A stretch of DNA of 62,559 bases, filler included, from Craspedostauros australis (lineage: Eukaryota): assembly GCA_030167865.1 (NCBI GenBank). It is 8 parts of 8 records of this genome, joined end to end, with 100 filler letters (N's around TTAATTAATTAA, not from the genome) between each part and the next. Parts side by side here need not be neighbours in the genome. Positions count along the whole stretch, not along the records: positions 58,344 to 62,559 come from JALAGF010006709.1; 7 more parts are not named here. The stretch is one strand, 5' to 3'. Shown piece by piece: positions 58,344 to 62,559 of the stretch. The notes beneath the pieces are model-generated. The model worked only from the letters and a program-made list of their open reading frames with translations. It did no database searches and had not been told where the DNA came from. The position numbers and the translations under genes were made by a program. Each line of letters opens with the position of its first letter. The stretch's first letter is position 1.

Positions 58344-60704
58344 CTAGACCTACTGAAGGCTAAGTATGAAGCGAGCGGAGCGGAGAAAAACGATGCAGCT
58401 GTGGATGCCAATGACGGGATCCGCCACAACAACGATGACCCCCATGACGTCATCTCACCACATTTGCGCACAGCAGCGTCTCTGTTGCACGAACTCGAAC
58501 TGCTTGTTGTGTTCGTCAAATGGGAATTCACCGCGTCACACATGCAGCTCGAGTGTGATGACCCCATGCATTCNNNNGCGTTCGCTCTCACCACCGAAAA
58601 GGAGAAGAAGAAGGGAACAACCAACCAACGCAAACCACGCACCAACAAGCACAAATGCAAGAAGAACACTGCTGTAACAAAGGACAGTCCAACCATCACA
58701 ATTGACATTTCTTCCGCCGCCGCAAACCAACAACCACGCAAAGTATGCAACCATTGTGGAGCTGCAATGCGATTTGTGGATGATCATTTTGTCCCATTTG
58801 TCACATTGCTTAAGGACAACGAACTCGCGGAACACAAGGACGAATTGCAATCAATGCTTGCGGCGGCCCCGGGATTCGCCAATGAAATTGTTAACTACAT
58901 GGCTCACAAAGTGCGTGCCAAAGTGCAATTCNGACAAATCGCCTTTTATCAATCCGAACTCAATGATAAGCCTGAAAGAGCCTATGTGGTACTCGACCAT
59001 AAGCAAAAAATTCTACCGACCGGCCAAGGCGAAGCCCAGCAAGAATATTGGGGGAAGAAGGGGATGTCACTGCTTGGGGCGATGGTCATCACGTGTCGCA
59101 ATGATATTTTTACTTATCGATTCATCGACATTGTGGTTGATGGAAGACCAACACAAGACACGCTCCAAGTTGGTGGACTACTTGACATTGTGCAAAAAAA
59201 GGTCAAAGACATTCTCCCATCCGTGACTGAAATCATCCTACAGAGCGATAACGCGTGTTGNTTCGCCAGTCACGAGCACATCGCGCTCATCACGTCCAAA
59301 CTCAACAAGAACCTTGTGACACGAAACGCGGCCAAAATCATCGCATGGATTTACACGGAGGCCCGAACTGGTAAGAGCATGCTGGACACCCACTTCGCGT
59401 ACATCACCCGTGTACTTCGAAAATACGTGCAAAGTGGACGCGACATCAAGACCCCTTTCCAACTCTTCCACGCACTGGTAGCCGGTGACATCGCGGGAAC
59501 AACAACAGTACTTGCCGACGCGGCGCTCCTGGCAGGCAACATCACGACGTTGCCAGGTGCACCAAAACAACGATTCCGCGCATCTGGACAACAGGTACGT
59601 ATGACTCACGAGGTGAAGTACGACGATGACCAGGCGCGGTTGGTGGCTGCATCTGGCATCACCGAAGACGTCGTGGTGAAGAGCACCGAATGGGAGGGCT
59701 GGAGTATCAACGAGTTGGGTGTNNNNNNNNNNNNNNNNNNNNNNNNNNNNNNNNNNNNNNNNNNNNNNNNNNNNNNNNNNNNNNNNNNNNNNNNNNNNNN
59801 NCTCGGGCGCACAGCGGCAGAGAGCAAGGCGCTGGTGTTCGGCAAGGCCATCCAAGACGGACAACAACACCTGCCATCCGATCACACCACGGCACTACNN
59901 NNNNNNNNNNNNNNNNNNNNNNNNNNNNNNNNNNNNNNNNNNNNNNNNGGTGAAGAGCACCGAATGGGAGGGCTGGAGTATCAACGAGTTGGGTGTTGTC
60001 GAGGACGATTCGCACATGTCCGAGAAGCTGCCGATCACGTCCGAATCATTCAGGAAGACGGACAAGACGCGAAAACTCGGGCGCACAGTGGCAGAGAGCA
60101 AGGGGCTGGTGTTCGGCAAGGCCATCCAAGACGGACAACAACACCTGCCATCCGATCACACCACGGCACTACAAGACCAGACCGCGGAAACTGAACACCC
60201 ACCACTCGCAGTGCCAGGCTGGGCAAGCAAAACTGCGCGCAAACCAGCGGAACTACCAGACTACGTTGTGGCAAAATTGAAGGACATCTGTGAAGCGTCC
60301 GCGAAGGACCCGAAAAACAGACCGTCCGAACACGAAGCACACGAGAAACTGATGAAGAACGAAAAAACGAAAACTGACTGGTACGTACAACTGCACGCAA
60401 ACCCCATGCGCGTAAAAGCGTCGCTGTTTGCAGCGTACAGTGCCAAACAACGCAAACAAAAGAAGGAGGCTGCCCTCATCAAGACAGCAACCAACACAAC
60501 AAGCAAAGCAACAGCAACATCCAGAATCATGGCGACCAACAATGAATCAGCTGGAACAGAGGAGGAACAGAGGAGGAACAGAGGGAAGAGGAGTTGCAAA
60601 GAGAGGAAGAGCAACTGGACCATCAGATGTGGTGTGATGCTCACACCATGAAGGCCAACGCAGAAAGTGAGGCTGTGTTGGGTGATGAGACTGAAACTCC
60701 GTGA
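58344..60704 (+). CDS. Sola3-like DDD transposase, partial (5' end missing; N gaps, frameshift near the C-terminus)
   Basis: KWEFTASHMQ..LDHKQKILP..EAQQEYWGKKGMSLLG..QSDNACXF..YTEARTGKSMLDTHF..PGWASK..KNRPSEHEA. Confidence 0.8.
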
Positions 60705-62258
60705 TGGGAGTGCATCACCGCGATAACACTAGTTGTGGAGTGTTGTGGGCGACAGATCATGCTACTATAACGAGTCTAGAGGTCACCCCAAAACCATCCA
60801 AACATCTGCTTACCATGCTATATCTCAACAACACATCACTTACAATTGAAGCTAAACATTGCGTTCAGACGCCTGACTATCTGTTAATCAGAATATTGAA
60901 GTTTAATTGATATTGAAGCTGCTTTTATTTTCATGTTGATCCACCACACAATTGTGTGGTGGATTCAAAAAATTCTCGATCAAGCAATGTTGCCCTCCTC
61001 TCAGCACCCATGATCATCATCATCATCCTTGTATTTTGGAAAACTGAACAACACAATGACTTGGTATACTCCCCATCTATCCACTCCATGACGCTTGGCC
61101 ACAGATACCCACCTGACATGGCCCAAAGTGTCGCTGCACTGAAAAAGAGCGTTGTCAAAAAATCGATTGCAATCCGGATGCGGTATGGATACGGATCCAT
61201 ACCTCATCCATACAATCCATGCATCCCCTCCACGTGGTCCTCGTGCATTCTCATACTCCCTGGCGACACGCTGATGCATCCAGAATGGGCTGGGCATGTG
61301 TGCTTCCAAAGATACAGCTCCATTTGGTGATGCCATTGTTTTTCGCACCCACCCACCATCAATGACCGTTCGTCAGATATGGTGGGGTGCCGCCTCTTGT
61401 GGGCCGTCTCCGCGGCGCAAACTTCGCGAGGTGAATCTTGAATTAATGCCGCACGCATCTTGTATGGGTGGCTTGGCGATTGTGTGAGTTGGCAATGGTG
61501 CCCTGCACAGCCAAAGCCACATGATGGAAACCCCACGACACACCGCGAAAACTCTTGCCCTCCACTTTTTCCTCCGCGCGGAGGACTTCCCGGTCCTCCC
61601 CGAGCCTGAAACTTCGTGGGCATCTTGGTCTTGGCCTCCTGGAGCCATCCTGCCAATCTATAGGCGATGGGGTGGGCTGTGGATGGAGTACGCTGGCCAT
61701 ATGCAATGAGCCAATCTGGCGCGAAATTGTGACGTTTGATCTGGGGCCTGCGACGGCCCCAAATCAAGCGCTCTCACGGCACCCTCTCATCCACCCACCA
61801 AGGGTTGCATCGCGGTGACGGCGATGTGCTTGGATTCTGTGGTGGATCACTGGTTGGTGCGGCGCAGTGATTGCCGTTGGACCGCCATTGTGGCTTTTTT
61901 TTGGTGTTCTGCCATTGTCATGTTGTTGTTTTTAGGGGTTTGCCGCCCTCGACCAAGCGTACTTGCTGGGGGCCGAGGTAATTATCAAATATTGTACTAA
62001 ATGTACAAAAAGAGCATGGCACTAAGCACTTCGGTAGTACCAATGGAGCTGGACCATTCCGCCGTGATGAACTGCAGACAATGATGCCTCCTATCGTGCT
62101 GTGATTGGTGTTTCATGACGCAGTATCCATCTTCGTGTCGTAGATGACGGATTAAGCAACCGGAGGATATAATAGATGTAAACATGCACTCGCCGCTTCT
62201 CCCAAAACTCTACAACTAGCGCTATCGTGGACAGGGTGTTGGATGCTCTGATCGGAAC
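58344..62258 (+). mobile_element. Fourth Sola3-like copy: transposase core and C-terminus plus 3' non-coding module
   Basis: Protein homology to 3650-5772 and DNA homology to 8200-10680; homology ends near 62258. Confidence 0.85.
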
Positions 62259-62559
62259 TGCTGGGAGGCGCGGTAATCTCCATCATTAGTGCATCAGAAA
62301 AGTACTTTTTCATACAAAAACGGTGTTCTCCACCTCATTTCATGTGTTTTTACGCGCGAATTCCGATGCTTTAACGAACCACATTCTCTTGGAGTCAAAA
62401 TGACGCTGGTGCGTCACCATCGTTCTTCAGCTTGTTCATCGCATGCCACTTACTGTGTTGCCACCATGTCGCCAGGGTGTTCCATTCTTCCTCGGGTCTT
62501 CCGTTTGTCTCCGCCAATGAGGTTGGAATGGTTGCTGGTGCCACCTCCCTTTCATTGCA

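Overview
Eukaryotic nuclear DNA, most likely a diatom (CoDi-type Copia elements, an Ambal-like LINE, a bipartite plastid-targeting signal). The window is not one locus: seven artificial N-TTAATTAATTAA-N linkers join 8 scaffolds, and many 50-N gaps are flanked by near-identical duplicated sequence (assembly overlaps). One scaffold carries five host genes at 29.8-42.2 kb: a GT47/exostosin glycosyltransferase, a plastid peptide-deformylase-like protein, a ~1580-aa BPI/TULIP-like + PDZ-like protein with one intron, crooked-neck/CRNKL1, and mitochondrial bL28. Most of the remainder is nested transposons: a MULE transposase missed by the ORF track; a 4.6-kb Sola3-like DDD element with ~145-bp TIRs plus three partial relatives; a CCC..GGG element with ATAT TSD; a PIF/Harbinger element with CWG TSD confirmed by an empty site; an Ambal-like RT-RNaseH LINE; CoDi Copia elements; and solo LTRs. 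Best candidates for new biology are the Sola3-like family (atypical ends, terminal palindromes, a ~1.9-kb colinear non-coding 3' module), a PDZ-like domain inside a Copia Pol, a GGAUUUU -1 frameshift cassette, and the TULIP+PDZ host protein. All family assignments come from motif recognition by eye, not database searches.
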